Origin: Eledone cirrhosa
Taxonomy: Eukaryota
DNA length: 64,000 bases
Assembly (NCBI GenBank): GCA_964016885.1
Contig: OZ024743.1
Coordinates: 275,528,001 to 275,592,000, forward strand
Direction of reading: 5' to 3'
Position 1 is the stretch's first letter. Each line of letters starts with the position of its first letter. Below the pieces are notes generated by a model. That model was given only the letters and a program-made list of their open reading frames with translations. It was not told the origin of the DNA and ran no database searches. Below are positions 11,585 to 26,560 of this stretch, piece after piece. The translations under genes were made by a program, and so were the position numbers.

Positions 11585-11735
11585 ACCCCAGTACTGAATG
11601 AACTGGTGCTTTACTGACTTCGAAAGGATGAAAGGGAAAGTTGATGTTGTCGGGATTTGAGCTCAGAGAACAGAGAGCCGGAACGAATACAGCAAAGTAT
11701 TCTATCCGACGTTCTGACTCTGCCAATTCACCGCT
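11585..11735 (-). mobile_element. Diverged SINE of a related family (others ~22915-23040, ~50755-50900, ~61050-61190, ~62250-62370)
   Basis: Reverse-complement B box (GATTTGAGCTCAG) and core (GGATGAAAGGGAAAGTTGA). Confidence 0.65.
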
Positions 11736-12439
11736 GAAATCATCATGCAGTGTTTCTAAATATAAGTTTAGGAGGTTGGATTAAAACACGGGTATAAATT
11801 GTGTTTTAAGTTCATTTATTTTCACATACGTGGATGCATCAGTATCGAATGCCTAAGAAGTTCGCTTCGGACTTATTTGGTTCCGGTGTCCATCCCACTG
11901 CAGGGTATAGTAGGTAAGTGTCATTTATCATAGCTTCAGATTGATACAAGCCGCGTGAGGAAAATTGGATAGATGGAAGCTGTTTCAAAAACTGCCAGAA
12001 CGATTGAAATTGTAAATCAATGAACGCAGTATGGATGAATACTAAAGAAGTTGGCTTCGCATTCATGAGGTTCTGGGTTCAATGCTATTGTGTTGTACCT
12101 TAGACAAGTATCTTTGCCATAGCCTTGAGTTGATGCAAATCTTGAGAGTAAAATTGGGCTGATGAACACTTTTTGGAAACCCATGCTTTCAAAGCATCAC
12201 AGAATGAAGAAGTTGTATTTCAGGAATGCGGAAGGGTTAATTTGAGACATCTGTTTTTATCGATGTCATTAGGCTGTCTTCATCCATTTTTTTTTCATTT
12301 TTAAAGAGCCATTGCTTTCAGCATAATTGTTTTAATACGCTTAAAATGTTATGAATTGAAAATAGTCTTTAAAATGAATTTTAATAGTTAATTTACGGTT
12401 TTGTGTGTAAACGCGTGTCTGTGTTTATATCTAAAAAAG

Positions 12440-12660
12440 AAAAAAAAAATAGATTGAGAAGAAAGACTGGAATGTAAAATAAGAAAATATACAAACGGAA
12501 AGGGAAGGAAATGGCAAGCGCTCTAATGTCACAGAAGAATGGGGAGGGAGAAGGGGGATAGTGATAGGCTCTTGACTGAGGGCGCGGCGGTAATAGGGCT
12601 ATGTCCCGCGGACTAGACCGCAAAAGCATTCCCGCGGATAATGAAGAGAGCAATGAAAGC
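12440..12660 (-). mobile_element. 3' fragment of a CRE-like non-LTR element
   Basis: Shares GTCACAGAAGAATGGGGAGGG and CAAAAGCATTCCCGC with 46790-47150. Confidence 0.55.
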
Positions 12661-13219
12661 AGAATGTCCTGTTACTTGTTACAACAATAGCTTCATGCAG
12701 GCCACAAAAAAACTTTCCTCTCTTTTAATACATATTTAATGTTTCAAATATACTTACTTGATTAGCAACATATCGACATGTAAGAATTGTTAAACAGCCA
12801 AAACATTATAAACGCAAGATTAGCACATAAATTATACACACGTAGATATATTGTTATGAAATTGGATCAGCGGATGTAAACTGGTATCAAAAGGAAAGCT
12901 GTCTGCTCAGTGGGAAAATATCTAAATGGTGCAATTGTCTACAGTCCTACACATATATCCCTGGAGATTACTGGAGAAAATGAACATAAAGTATATTAGA
13001 ATAAGTTATATAGAGGGAGAAAGAAAGATAAAGTAGTTTTAAAGTTTTAATAGCCGTTTTCTTAATGATGAGTTAATCTTAGAAAAAAAAAGAAACATAT
13101 TTATAACAATTGAACTGAGTGACTTTTATAGTGGCACCAACACTACCACTTTACAACATTAGAATGTTCGTTGTCTTTGGTCAAGTTGGGGAGGCATTGT
13201 TGAGAGTGGGGGACTAACA

Positions 13220-13406
13220 TAATTGTTTCGACTTTTGGCACAAAGCCAGCAATTATCCCAGTGCACTACTGGTACTTTATTTTATCGACCCCGTAAGGAT
13301 GAAAGGCAAAGTTAACCTCGGCGGGATTTAAACTCAAATGGTAAAGGGACATAACTCTATGCTGCGAAGCATGGCATCCGATCCTCTACAGATACTGCCA
13401 ATCCAT
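13220..13406 (-). mobile_element. tRNA-derived SINE
   Basis: Reverse complement of the 79-262 family. Confidence 0.88.
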
Positions 13407-13639
13407 TAACATAATGAGAGGGATACTGGTTAAATGTTTCTTGCCGCGGGGAAGGGGTCATCCCACCGTAGGAGAGGAAGCGGCATGTCATGAAGGTGCC
13501 CTTGAAGCAAGTAGGTGGTATCTAAAATATTGTGGAATAAGCTTGGCTTTCCGTATTGGCCTCGGCTAGACGGGGAAGGTGAGTCATGGATGTGAGTTTA
13601 AAGGGAGGGGAATGTAAATCAGAGAAGGTCCACCATAAT

Positions 13640-13965
13640 TATCCACGCTAGCATGGGTTGAACTAGGAAGATGGAGTAGATGAGTGTGAGTGGGCATACA
13701 GACAGATGGGTGAGGGTGTGGGGGTCATCCTTTCCATGCTCGTTTCTTCCTGCCTACGTGGGAAAGCGAATCTTCTGCCGTACTGTGTGAGGTCAGTTTT
13801 CACTTCATCATTCCAAGTTTTCCTACGTCTTCTCCTACTGTAGGTTCCTTCGACTTCGAACGCTCTGCATATCTTTATGCAGTGGTCATCTTTCATACGC
13901 ATCACATGTCCATAGCAACGCAGTTTCCTCTCCTTCACACTACATCCGATCTCTCTAATACACAG
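13640..13965 (-). pseudogene. RTE LINE 3' fragment
   Basis: ERKLRCYGHVMRM...RRRKTWNDEVKTDL, typical RTE C-terminus. Confidence 0.75.
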
Positions 13966-14411
13966 TTACATTATTCCCATATATGACATCCTCTCCTCAA
14001 TAAAAAAGCTTGAAATCATTTCGAAATACCGACAACAGGTCAAATTGTACCTAGCGAATTATATGAACAAAATTAAAACCAGATAAGAAAGATACAAGCG
14101 CACACTTAATCGTAGAAACGAATCTCATCACAATGTCTGGAATCGTATTTATTCAACCCTTTAATCCTTCTCGTATGCATGTAGGCAAAGCTGTGTGGTT
14201 AAGAGGTTCGCTTCGTAAGCGCGTACGTAGTTCAGTGTTCGATTCCACTGCGAATCATTTTTAACAAAATGTACAGAAACCAATCGCCTGAGCGAGCTCG
14301 CGCGCGCGTGTGTGTGTGTGAGGGGGGTAATTAACTTTACCGGATGTATTAGACACACTTTTTTTTGTTCTTAGTGCGCTAGACATGCAAATGCACACAC
14401 ACACCGTGTAC

Positions 14412-14535
14412 ATAATTGTTTCTACTTTTGGCACAAGGCCAGCAATTATACCAGTGCATTACTGGTATTTTATTTTATCGAACCCGTAAGGATGAAAGGC
14501 AAAGTTAACCTCGGCGGGATTTGAACTCAGAATGG
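14412..14535 (-). mobile_element. Truncated SINE (3' half)
   Basis: Tail, core and B box present; A-box region missing. Confidence 0.8.
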
Positions 14536-14556
14536 AAAGAATAATACAAAAACATA

Positions 14557-14622
<66 letters not shown>

Positions 14623-14769
14623 TATATGTGTATAGTAATAATAATAAATTTGAAGACTAAAATCCAAAGAGGGCTCGATAAGGATAAATATATATCAAAT
14701 ATATAAGAACCGTAGAGCAAATATTTATTAATTTTAATCTGTTATTTTAATAAATATATATATGTATAT

Positions 14770-15372
14770 ATTAAGTGTATTGAGTTCAAAACTCAAGCAT
14801 TCCTTTACAATGAAATAGCTCAAAGAAAAAAATATTTCTGAGTCGTGTAATACATGTAAATATAAATTAATTTATATGATGAAACACAAATACCAACATA
14901 TCTGTGTTTATATTGTAAAAGAAATTAAGTTAGCTAGAATGAAATATACTAATTATAATATTACAGTTTGCCTATATCGATTTAAAATAATAAATCAACA
15001 AAAACAAACAGTATTGGCAAATGGCCATGGTGTTTAGACAAATTTAAATTTCAAAATCAAACCTGTTCCGTAGATAAGTTTAAACTTTAAAATCCAAATA
15101 TGTTTCGAGATAAATAAGTGTAAGAATATCTTGTCCAGCTCTCATCAGTAAACACCCAGAACAAATTGATATGCTTCACTTCTAAATATTTTAAAAGACT
15201 GTTTAACGCACATGGTTTTACAGTTTCTAGCCAGCCTCATACTCGTACTGTTAAAAATAACAGCCGTATATATATCAGCTCAACCTAAGGAGCAATTATA
15301 TTAAGTGTATTGAGTTCAAAACTCAAGCATTCCTTTACAATGAAATAGCTCAAAGAAAAATATATTTCTGTA
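14770..15372. repeat. Dispersed repeat with ~70-bp direct terminal repeats, same family as 33578-34090 and 40943-41857
   Basis: 14770-14840 repeated at 15300-15370; internal AAATTTAAATTTCAAAATC...CCGTAGAT shared with 41190. Confidence 0.65.
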
Positions 15373-15448
15373 TATATATATATCAGACACACGTTCGCAT
15401 AAGTGTTTATATTTAAATATATACGCATGAATACGCACACTTTCTCTT

Positions 15449-15520
<72 letters not shown>

Positions 15521-15997
15521 ACACACACACACACACACATTCAAACAGACTTATGTTACTGCTAATATGCACGTGTGGATAACTTTCATTGTCACCCGTG
15601 TCTGTTTACTATAGTGTTGTTCCCTTGGTGATAGACACATTCTTAGTAACGCAATATAATCATTACACATACACACACACGTGCGCGCGCGCGTACGCTC
15701 TCATATATATACATATATTCTTGGCTAGTGCAAACAATCTGGCGCTAATTGATATAAATTTCTATTTATTTGCCACCAGGGCATCAAAGATTGGGACAAA
15801 TACAAAGGGGGGAGTTTACATACATTTAAAAAGACGTGTAAAAAACATATAACAAATTAAATTTAACAATCGATGTCCTCAATAGGGAGGAGCGTTGACA
15901 TGGGTCGCACACACCCCCGAAAAAATGTGCAAACCTCCTCTTCAGGAGCACAAAGAGTGGGTGCTTCCTTCCTCTTCTCATTCTTCTCCTCTCTCGC

Positions 15998-18900
15998 CTA
16001 CAGGCTGATATAGAGAGAAGGCCCATTCACTCGGGCCATTCTCGCTACTTTCACCCACCTTTCATAAAACTTGCTGGGGTACAGCACCTCTCTCTCCATT
16101 CTGATCCTTCTTCTAAAGTGGTACTTGAAAAAAAAGACCAGTTGTTGGCCGGAGAGAAAGGTGTCTGACCTCAGCCCTTTCAACCTTGTCCACCATACAA
16201 CTTCTTTCGCCATAACTATCACACAGAGGAAAACCGCCTCTCCTTCGTTTTTGAAAGGGGGAGGCGGTTTGATCGTGACAATGTTCTCGGTGGTCAACCG
16301 GATTGGTCCCACCCGCGACAGTAGTCGTTCTACATAGCCCCACAGGTCAGCAACGCCCGGACAGTGTACGAATGCGTGTGCGACGGTTTCATCGTCACGC
16401 ACGCATCTCGGACAGATCTTCTTCGAGGGGTCCCTACCCGGGCGCCCGTGTCTGTAGAGCTTGTCCCGAACGGGTAGAGCTCCTCGGTAACATTGCCAAG
16501 CCAGGGACTTTTGGAAGTTGTCCATCGGTCCCGAGCCAAGCGTCCTACCGAACAGACTGGCCAGCTCATCTTCCTCCATGCCCAGAGCCTCTCCGAGAGC
16601 GTCGTCGCACTTACTGCGCACCAACCCTCTATAGAATGTTGAGGTTGAGTCTCCACTGATTGCCGGATCCGCTTGCCAGAGGACCGTGAGCGCCTGGGCA
16701 CATTCAATGTGCCAGTCGCCCACTTTTCTCGGTCTTTGCTTGACCCAGGATTGCAGCTCGGTGAGTGAGACGAGTCTCGGAAAGGCTCGCCTCACAAACA
16801 GGGCCCACACCGGCTGACCGGTGAGGAATACCTGGAGGTGCCGTAGCCTTAATGCGTGTCTACGCATCGTCAGCGACGGCATCTCCAGCCCTCCGTTCGA
16901 AGGGTGTTGACAGCAGATGGATCTTCTCACCAAAGTAGCCCGCTTCTTCCAAAGAAATCGGAAGAGCGCGCGCTCCATTTTGGCGAGTGTTTTCTCTGGG
17001 CAAGGCACGACAGTCAAGCGGTAGTAGATGACGGACGCTATATAAGCGTTCGCCACCTCCGCTCGACCTTTCAGGGATAGTTTGCACTCGGCCCACTTCT
17101 GGGCGAGTGCAAACACCTTGCCCGTTACCTCGTCCCAGTTTTTCTCCACCTGGAAGTCCGGTCCGAACCAGACCCCGAGCAGCTTCACCGGTCCCTCCGT
17201 CCAGCGTCTGACGATGCCGTCGGAGGGCATCGTTTTGCCCCTCCACGTCCCGAGTTGCAAACCGACGGACTTGTCCCGGTTCAGCTTGGCTCCTGTGAAC
17301 CTTTCATATTCCTCCAGTAAGGTGCCGATCTGCCCGATTTCAGAGGTGCACGACACCATTACTGTCACGTCATCGGCGTAGGCCGAAACCGCTTTCCGAA
17401 ATCCCGGTTCCAAGGGGATGCCCTGCAACAGCTCCAGCTTCCGCAGTAGTGGCTCGAGAGCCAGCACATACAGGAGGGAGGAGAGAGGGCATCCCTGTCG
17501 GATGGATCGCGTGATTTGGAACGACTTCGAGAGGTAGCCGTTCACCTTGACCCTCGAGCAGGTGTTGCTGCTGTGCATTGCAGCAATCCAGCCCCTGAAA
17601 ACGGGTCCGAAGCCTGCCGCGAGCACCGCATCCAGGTACCGATGGTCAACCCTATCGAACGCCTTAGATTGATCCAAATTGATCAGGGCCCCACCAAAGC
17701 CGGGTTCGTTCCCTACCCTCTCTACGATGTATCGCATGAGGTGGAGGTTGTCGTGTATGGACCTGGACGGGATTGCGCATGTCCCACCAGGTTCCCAACG
17801 ACAAGCGCCAACCTCTTCGCTAGCACCCTGGCCAAAATCTTTAACTCTGTGTTTAGCAGAGTTATGGGCCTGAAGTTATCTATGTCATCCCCCTTGTTCT
17901 CGTCCTTCCTCACCAGCGTGACTACGCCCTTGGTCACAGAACTGGGAATTCTCCCGTTCTGTTGCCAGTTGCAGTAGACCGCCTCGAGGAGACCGGAGAA
18001 CAAGCCCGGCATCGCTACATAAAGTTCGTATGGTAGACCATCGAGACCCGGAGATTTGCGTTTGCCGCATTGGCAGCGCTTCCCCTATTTCAGCGGCTGA
18101 AATCGGCCTCTCGCAGGACTTCGCCTCCCCGTCCGAGAGCCGCGCCAGACCGTCGAGGTATGAACCGTAATCCATGGCCCCACCCGGCCCGCCGCCCCTC
18201 CCGAACAGTCATGCAAAGCGCCGTTGAAAGGCCGCGCTCATCCGTTCAGGTACAAGGATCACGCGTCCATCCTGGTCCTTCAAAGACCGAATCGTGGACT
18301 TGTTTCCACTTTTTGCCTCTGTCACTCGGGCCCAGCTAACAGCTTTGGCTCCCTCGTTACCCAGAGCACGTATTTTACTCCTGACAACGCAGCCCTCGTG
18401 CTTCGCATCAAAGAACTGGTCTAGGGCCGTTCTTGACGCCGGCCATGTTGCCACTCCTAATCGCCTCTTCTACTCTATTTATTAATTCCCTTTCAGTTCT
18501 ATTCCTATCTGATGCTAATTCCCGACTAAAACCTATCGATTCTATTCTAATTTCTCTCTTGAGAGAACCCCACCACCTGCTGTTGACAATTGCCCCCGTC
18601 AAACGCTGCTTAACTAGTGTGCTAATCCGCTTACTGTAAGCTTTGTTTGTCGGTAAAGACAAGTTTAGCTTCCAGTAACCGGGTCCCTGTCTATGAGTTC
18701 TATCAAGGTTGACCACTTCGGTCACCAACTTGTGATCCGAATAGTCAACCATGAACATTCGTGGACAGCTTAATCTTAATATGTCCCTATCCTTATTTCT
18801 AACTAGGAACCTATCTAGGTACGACCTAGATGTTCCGGTGCGATTAGTCTACGTCCACAGTGGCACAGTCGGAAAATCTAGTCGATATCTATCGGCCAGA

Positions 18901-19417
18901 TCAAATCGGCCTATTAATCGTTTGAGGCTGTCACACCCCCCTCTATCGGGACATGCCCCTACATAGTCCCAACGTGCATCCAGGATACCATTCCAGTCCC
19001 CCAATAAAAGCAAGGAGTGAGACGTTCCCAGGAAATTCTCCAGGCGTCGGAAGAAGTCCGGTCGCGGTGTCCCAGATGGGCATACGCTGCCACCAGCCTG
19101 AAAGCTCCACCTTCACTACTGCCAACGTCTAAAACCACCAGTCGACCCTCCGGGTCCAGGTGTACCTTCTGTGTGGCAAGACCCAGGTATTTTCGCAGCA
19201 GAACAACAACCCCACCCCCACCCCTCGGCTGACAGAGAGATGCGTAGATCTCAAAGTCGTCGAAGATGGGGGCCAGTTGGCGCTCGCTGCTGATCCTGGA
19301 CTCGCAAATAACCATTACATCCACTCTGTGCGACCTGAGGTCATTTAAGAGTTTGCCCTGTTTCCAGGACATCCCCAGGCCGCGTGCATTCACACATCCA
19401 ACTCTTATATTGGCCAT
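15998..19417 (-). pseudogene. LINE ORF2: APE endonuclease, reverse transcriptase, C-terminal Cys finger (several frameshifts)
   Basis: NARGLG, ICESR, YSDHKLV, GPGYWKLN, NFRPITLLNTELKILA, LDQSKAFDRVDH, RQGCPLS, AYADDV, CPRC...ETVAHAFVHC. Confidence 0.93.
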
Positions 19418-19458
19418 GTTGGTGCTGAAGAGTTAAAAGGAAGAGGAAAGGAAGTTAC

Positions 19459-21260
19459 TTACCTCTTCGTCTCCTGGAGACCAGGCTGCACAATTTCCAT
19501 GGGGGTGTTGGAAGGGTTGTTTGGTGGGGTGGTGGTTTGTGGTGGGGTGAGGACATCAGTGTGTGGTGGGATTAGGGTGTTTGGTGGGGTGTGGGTGTCT
19601 GGTGTGGGGGTGGGGAAACATCTCAATAGGACGCTGTTAAGTGGTTTGGTGCAGGTGGTCCCCACATGCATTGGAAGGTTCTTTTTCAAAGTTACATAGG
19701 TTTCCGTTAGGACCCTAATCATCATTAGGTGCGATTTGTTCGCTGCGTAGGTGAAAGTGATCCCTTCGGTTTCCACCGAAGGGTTATTTTCTATTGCTTT
19801 CAATAAAGTTTTATTGTTCTCGTTAATGTATGTATAGAGTTTTTGTTGTGTTGTATTTGTTTTTGTTTGTTGTTCTTGTGCGTGTTTGCGTTTTGTAGTA
19901 TGTGTTATGTTTTGGGGAGGGGTGGGGTTTTTGTTTGTGATATTTGTTCTGTTTGTGCTGGTGGTTGTGTGTTTGTAGCATTTTTGTTAATGTGGTGCCT
20001 TTTCTTTCCTTTTCACCTGTTGAAAGGGTTCTCCCTCGTCGTCACTGGGTGACGTTGATACGGAGTCCTCTTCCGTGTTGTTGAGGAGGGGTATATTTTG
20101 GGGTTTTGTTGTGGTTGCTTTTGTATTTGTTTTAGGTGGGGAGGGGTTGGGTGGAACAGTGTTTTGTGTTGTTATTTTTCCGTGTTGTTGTTGTTGTTGT
20201 GGTGGTGGTGGTGGGGGTTGTTGTGTTGTTGTGTTCGGGGTTGGCAGAAGAGCCTTTTTTTTTTTGACTCGTTAATTGAGGACAGGCAGGCCTCAGGTGA
20301 CTCCTGCTTAAGCAGTGGCAACATGACGGCCGCCTTCCCTCCACTGAAATGTTTATATAAGTTAGCCCGTCCAGAGGCACGCGTTGTGGGATATTCGCTA
20401 TTCGTTCTGGGCTCATTTGCACCAGAACTTCTACGCTGGTCCCACCAAATATACCTCCGGAAGACTTTCCTATTGAAATTATCCTGTCTTCATCAAAGTC
20501 AATGATTCCACATAGTATCCACCAAATATTTACATTTGGTGTGATACTCATAATTTTTATTCTTTGTGTCCTTTTCCCCTGTATGTGGGGAAAAAGGTGA
20601 AGCGGGGGGACACAATGGGTGATACCGAGTATTTTTGTGCTGTTGACTGGTTATTCATTAGCACCGAAATGCTACCAAACAGTTTTCCTTTTTGTATGAA
20701 GGTTATGTCCTTCATTGCATCTTTTAGAACCAGCTCAATTTCATTTTGTGATAATTGAGCTGGTTTTCTTGTTTCGTTCGATATTGTCCTGAAAACCACA
20801 GTTTTCAGGACAGCCTCTCTACGTAATTCCTGTGGAGAATTGATGCTAAAAGCACCGTTTTCGCCAAAAGTCACGAATTGTTTTGCGTCTTGTAGTAGTT
20901 GTTTAGCATTTGTTATGTCAATTGGCGTGTATAGTTCGTTTTTTTTACAGTCTGTGCGAACGTTGTTTTGGTGGTGTTGTCTTTTTTGTTGCTGTTGTTG
21001 TTGTCACTGTTGGTAATATTGTTCATGTTTTCCTTGGTGTTGCTATTGTTGCAGTTGTTGGTTGTGGTGTTATTGTCATTGTTCTTGTTGTTGGTGCTGG
21101 TATTATTTACCGGGTTTGGTTTCGTGGTTTCAATATTTTCAACGTTTTTCGATAATGCGAGGGGGGAAGGCTGCAAGCTTTGTACTCCTACCTTCCCTCC
21201 ACCACTTTTCTTAGTGAACGTGGCACTCACGACAGTGTGCGAGGTTGAAATGGCATCCAT
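19459..21260 (-). pseudogene. LINE ORF1 (frameshifted)
   Basis: Consecutive ORF pieces upstream of ORF2; CCHCLSRSHLRPAC zinc knuckle; Asn/Thr-rich low-complexity segments. Confidence 0.75.
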
Positions 21261-21464
21261 TGCTGACTACCAAGTCTACACAGTTTTGAGATGAAAATGA
21301 AAATTTCGCCCCAGAAAGGGGCGAAAATTAGTTGACTCAACGTCTGAAGGCGCAGGCAAGAGGTTAAACTAAACAATGCTATTAAATTGAGCAATGAACT
21401 CACAGTTTTTTTTGACAATAATCCGTAAAAATCCGGAGCGAAGTAATTCACGTCTATATCAAGT

Positions 21465-22105
21465 GGTAATTGATATAGAGAGGTGGATTGGAAGAGAGTT
21501 CCGTGTAGTAGATATAGAGAGGGGGAGAGTTTGGTGTTCATTGATATAGAGAGGTATTGGAAGAGAGTTCTGTGAGGTAGATATAGAGAGGGGGGGTTGT
21601 GTTAATTTATATATAGAGGGGGATTGGAAGAGAGTTCCATGTATGTAGATATAGAGAGGGGGAGAGTTTGGTATTAATTGATATAGAGAGTGGGATTGGG
21701 AGAGAGTGTTGTATGGGTGATGTAGAGAGGGGGAGTTTGGTGGTAATGAATAGAGTGAGAGGATTGATAGAGATAGGTATTGATAAATATAGAGAATGGG
21801 AGAGTTTGGTAGTGATGGATAGAATAAGGGATAACGAGAGAGAGTTCTGTGTAGTAGATATAGAGGGAGAGAGTTTGGTGTTAATTGGTTTAGAGAGGGA
21901 GATTGGAAGAGAGTGACGTATGCTTGATATAGAGAGGTGGGGGTAATTAATAGAGTGAGATATTGATAGAGATAGACATTGATAGGCATAGAGAGGGGGG
22001 GGGGGGGGGACTAGAAGAGAGTTCCGTGTGGTAGATATAGAGAGAGGGAAGTTTAGTGTTAATTGATTTAGATAGGTACTTTGGAAGAGAGTTCCGTGTA
22101 GTAGT
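21465..22105 (-). repeat. ~68-bp tandem monomers at the LINE 5' end
   Basis: GAAGAGAGTTCCGTG-like anchor recurs at ~21491, 21560, 21627, 21700, 21838, 21906, 22014, 22084. Confidence 0.8.
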
Positions 22106-22282
22106 TTGTGTTTTGGTAGTTTCTCCCCAAAATATCAAAACACATCTATTTGGATATCGCTACAATTTATGTACATTTTACGTTTATGGCATATCGAAGC
22201 TTTCTGACCATTTTAGAGTACTATAACTAAATTGCCCCCCCCCTCCCCTTTCCCCAATTCAGAAATAATGCTTCTACCGCCC

Positions 22283-22371
<89 letters not shown>

Positions 22372-22376
<5 letters not shown>

Positions 22377-22452
22377 GAAATGGCTTCTGCAGGATTAGAA
22401 CTGTTTCATTCGAAGGAAACAGTTCTAGTCTTGTAGAAGCCATTTCAATATT
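22372..22452. repeat. Hairpin of a hammerhead-bearing short repeat family (non-hairpin copies ~9700-9825, ~10065-10125, ~44360-44398)
   Basis: TATTGAAATGGCTTCT...AGAACTGTTTC / GAAACAGTTCT...AGAAGCCATTTCAATA. Confidence 0.8.
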
Positions 22453-22535
22453 ATATATATATATATATATACTCTGCTTTGTATTGAGTACCTTACTTAC
22501 TATGGTTACCCCCGATTGAACCCGGGATACACACA

Positions 22536-22590
<55 letters not shown>

Positions 22591-23447
22591 ATATGTAAGT
22601 TCTGATGACCCAGTGATAAACAGATGAAACTCCAGAGAACTAGACTCACTATTTACCCTTAATAAAATAAATAAAATGAATATATATGTATATGCATGTG
22701 TATGTGCGCATGTATGTATGTGTGTGTGTGTGTATAACTTTAACATAACTAATGATGATCTATGATGGTCAAAACTATACTCTGCTGCTCGAGCTACCTC
22801 GGTGAAGCCAGAGAAATAATTCTGCGAAGTTCCAGAAGTCCTACAACGACCAATTGCGAACGTTATACAAAGTAGAAATACACTAGATTTTGTGGTATAA
22901 CTTATAAGTCTCAGTGACTGGTGCTATTTAACTGAAAGGATAAAAGGCAAAGATAACCTCGGCAGAATTTGAACACAGAGCGCAAAGAACTGCAAAAAAT
23001 ACCGCAAAGTATTCTATCCGACGTTCTAACGACTCTGCTATTTCGTTGCCTACATGGTTTGGATAACAGTATTTCAAAAAGAAACAACATCCACTACAAT
23101 TGTATGGTAATCACTGCGCACCACTCAGTTCAAATTAGCATTCGTTTCCATTTGTTAATATTAGCCCAGATGAATCTAACAAAACTACTTCACAACTGCC
23201 ACAATATGGACTGACTCTTTTAGCGCATCTTCCTCGCTAACGCTTTTACTATTCTGGCGTAACGCTTTTACTATTCTGTCCTTGGGACCAGGAGGCGGCA
23301 TACGCCTGAGTTTTTAAACACACTTCAAAGAGACAGAGGGAGCGAAAGAAAGAGCTCGACAACCTTTCATTAGTTGATGTGTGCTGTTACCGTTAATCAC
23401 TACATACATACTTGCCTACATACATACATACATACATACATACATAC

Positions 23448-24036
23448 ATGATGGCTGCCAACTCGTTTTCGAGTACGGCCACTACTTTATATTCATGTAG
23501 GAGAACCCCTACCGATGCGCTGAACGAGTGTGACTTTTTAGTCCAGCCAGCGACTTGAAAACTCTGGTACAAACACTACACTTGTGACAATTATTGACAC
23601 ATAGTGCTGGGCCCATGGTACCATGTGACGACAAGTGCAGAGAGATCTCCAGATATAAAGCAATGCCTGTGCCGTGAAGCTTTTATAGTGAGCAAAGCCA
23701 CTGCACAAAGCCAGTCCCACTCTCTTAACCAAGATGATATTTACCAAAAAGAAGAATAAGTCAACATCATTGGATACCATCAGGGTTGCAGGTGTTATAT
23801 CAGAGTTTTCCTTCTCCTAGAATTCTGCCTTGATTTCGGTGATTTCGGATGGCCATTGACTCTTAAGAGCTCCTATGCCCTTTGACAGGTTTTGTTTTTA
23901 GTCCTGCAGGATGTCCAAAGTCACCCTCCTCACCAAGAAACCTTGGTGGGGTTGCCAGTTTAGTCGCCAACGACCCGACCATGGGACAGGTTGTACTGGG
24001 TTACATGTTACCAGTAGCACCAACTGGTGACCTGAC
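23448..24036 (-). mobile_element. Bipartite RTE-like element, subfamily A
   Basis: Reverse complement of 7693-8277; (CATA)n on both sides. Confidence 0.82.
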
Positions 24037-24211
24037 ATGATACATACATACATACATACATACATACATACATACATACATACATACATACATACATACA
24101 TACATGGCTACCCGAAGAGATGGCAACATGAATGGACCTGTTATTTTTCTTTAAAAACATTTTTTCCGATTCCAACCAATCCATCCCGTCAATCTTTCTA
24201 ATTTCTCATTC

Positions 24212-24252
24212 CTTCTTCTGATGAAGAACCAGCGTCAGAAACGTTAAGACGT
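24212..24252 (+). ncRNA. Minimal hammerhead-like motif
   Basis: TCTT-CTGATGA (24218-24224)...GAAACGTTA-AGA with palindromic AACGTT stem III; stem II weak. Confidence 0.5.
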
Positions 24253-24334
24253 TCTTCCTGCTATATTTAGCGTTAACCTAATATATTCCTTCCATCTACT
24301 GTACCGATTGTGTTGTTATTTCTGTTTACCTTTT

Positions 24335-25870
<1,536 letters not shown>

Positions 25871-26560
25871 CGATATTAAATAAATGGAAACTATATTTAT
25901 AAAACCATATTTATTTCATTATACATATTTCATTATACATATAAATAATTTTGACGTACTCTATTAGATGCGACCATTATTTTTGGAAGCTGTCTGGATA
26001 GTGAGATGTTTATAATTATTTTATTAGTTATAGTGTTAAGCACAGTTAGAAAAAAGACGGAGAGAAAGAAAAAACGGAGAGAGAGAAGGAGAGAGAGAAA
26101 AGGAATGTATTCAGAAAAGAAAGATATATATAAATTGATAGGAGGAAATGGAAAAGAAAGAAAAAAAAGAAAAAAAGAAAGAAAGAAGAAAGACAAAAGA
26201 AAGCAACAGAAAGATAATAATTCATCATACAGATAGAGAAACTCAAGAGAGAGGAGGATATAGTGACAACTTTACGTCATGTCATATTAAGTTGAATTAA
26301 CAATTCATATGAAATGAATAATAAAAATGTAAATATCAATATTCATGAATGGGACATAGATATATAATATGAGAAAATAATATTGTTCAATAATGACCAT
26401 ATGTTTAGTTTAAAACCTTGAGGTCAATATACCAAAATCTGAGTTAAAACCTTAAAAAAATACCCTATTTATAAAAATACGGATACACACATATATATAT
26501 ATATACACGCATATGTACGTCCTGAAAAAAGAGAAAATTATGTCTACTCCAGTCAATAAT

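Larger units (their letters stand above)
15750..22120 (-). mobile_element. Near full-length L1/Tx1-clade LINE
   Basis: 5' tandem monomers, ORF1, ORF2 (APE-RT-zinc finger), short 3'UTR with AATAAA near 15765; no TSD found. Confidence 0.9.

Noticed and set aside
11890-11925. Candidate upstream exon donor TAG|GTAAGT
   Set aside because: Sits in a degenerate SINE-like stretch with no convincing open frame
21465-22105. CRISPR-like appearance of spaced repeats (also 44408-44707 and 55490-55640)
   Set aside because: Eukaryotic context, degenerate units, no unique spacers and no cas genes
26513-26560. ATG start of the PLE RT ORF
   Set aside because: Lies within the inverted copy of the 3' region; chance in-frame fusion
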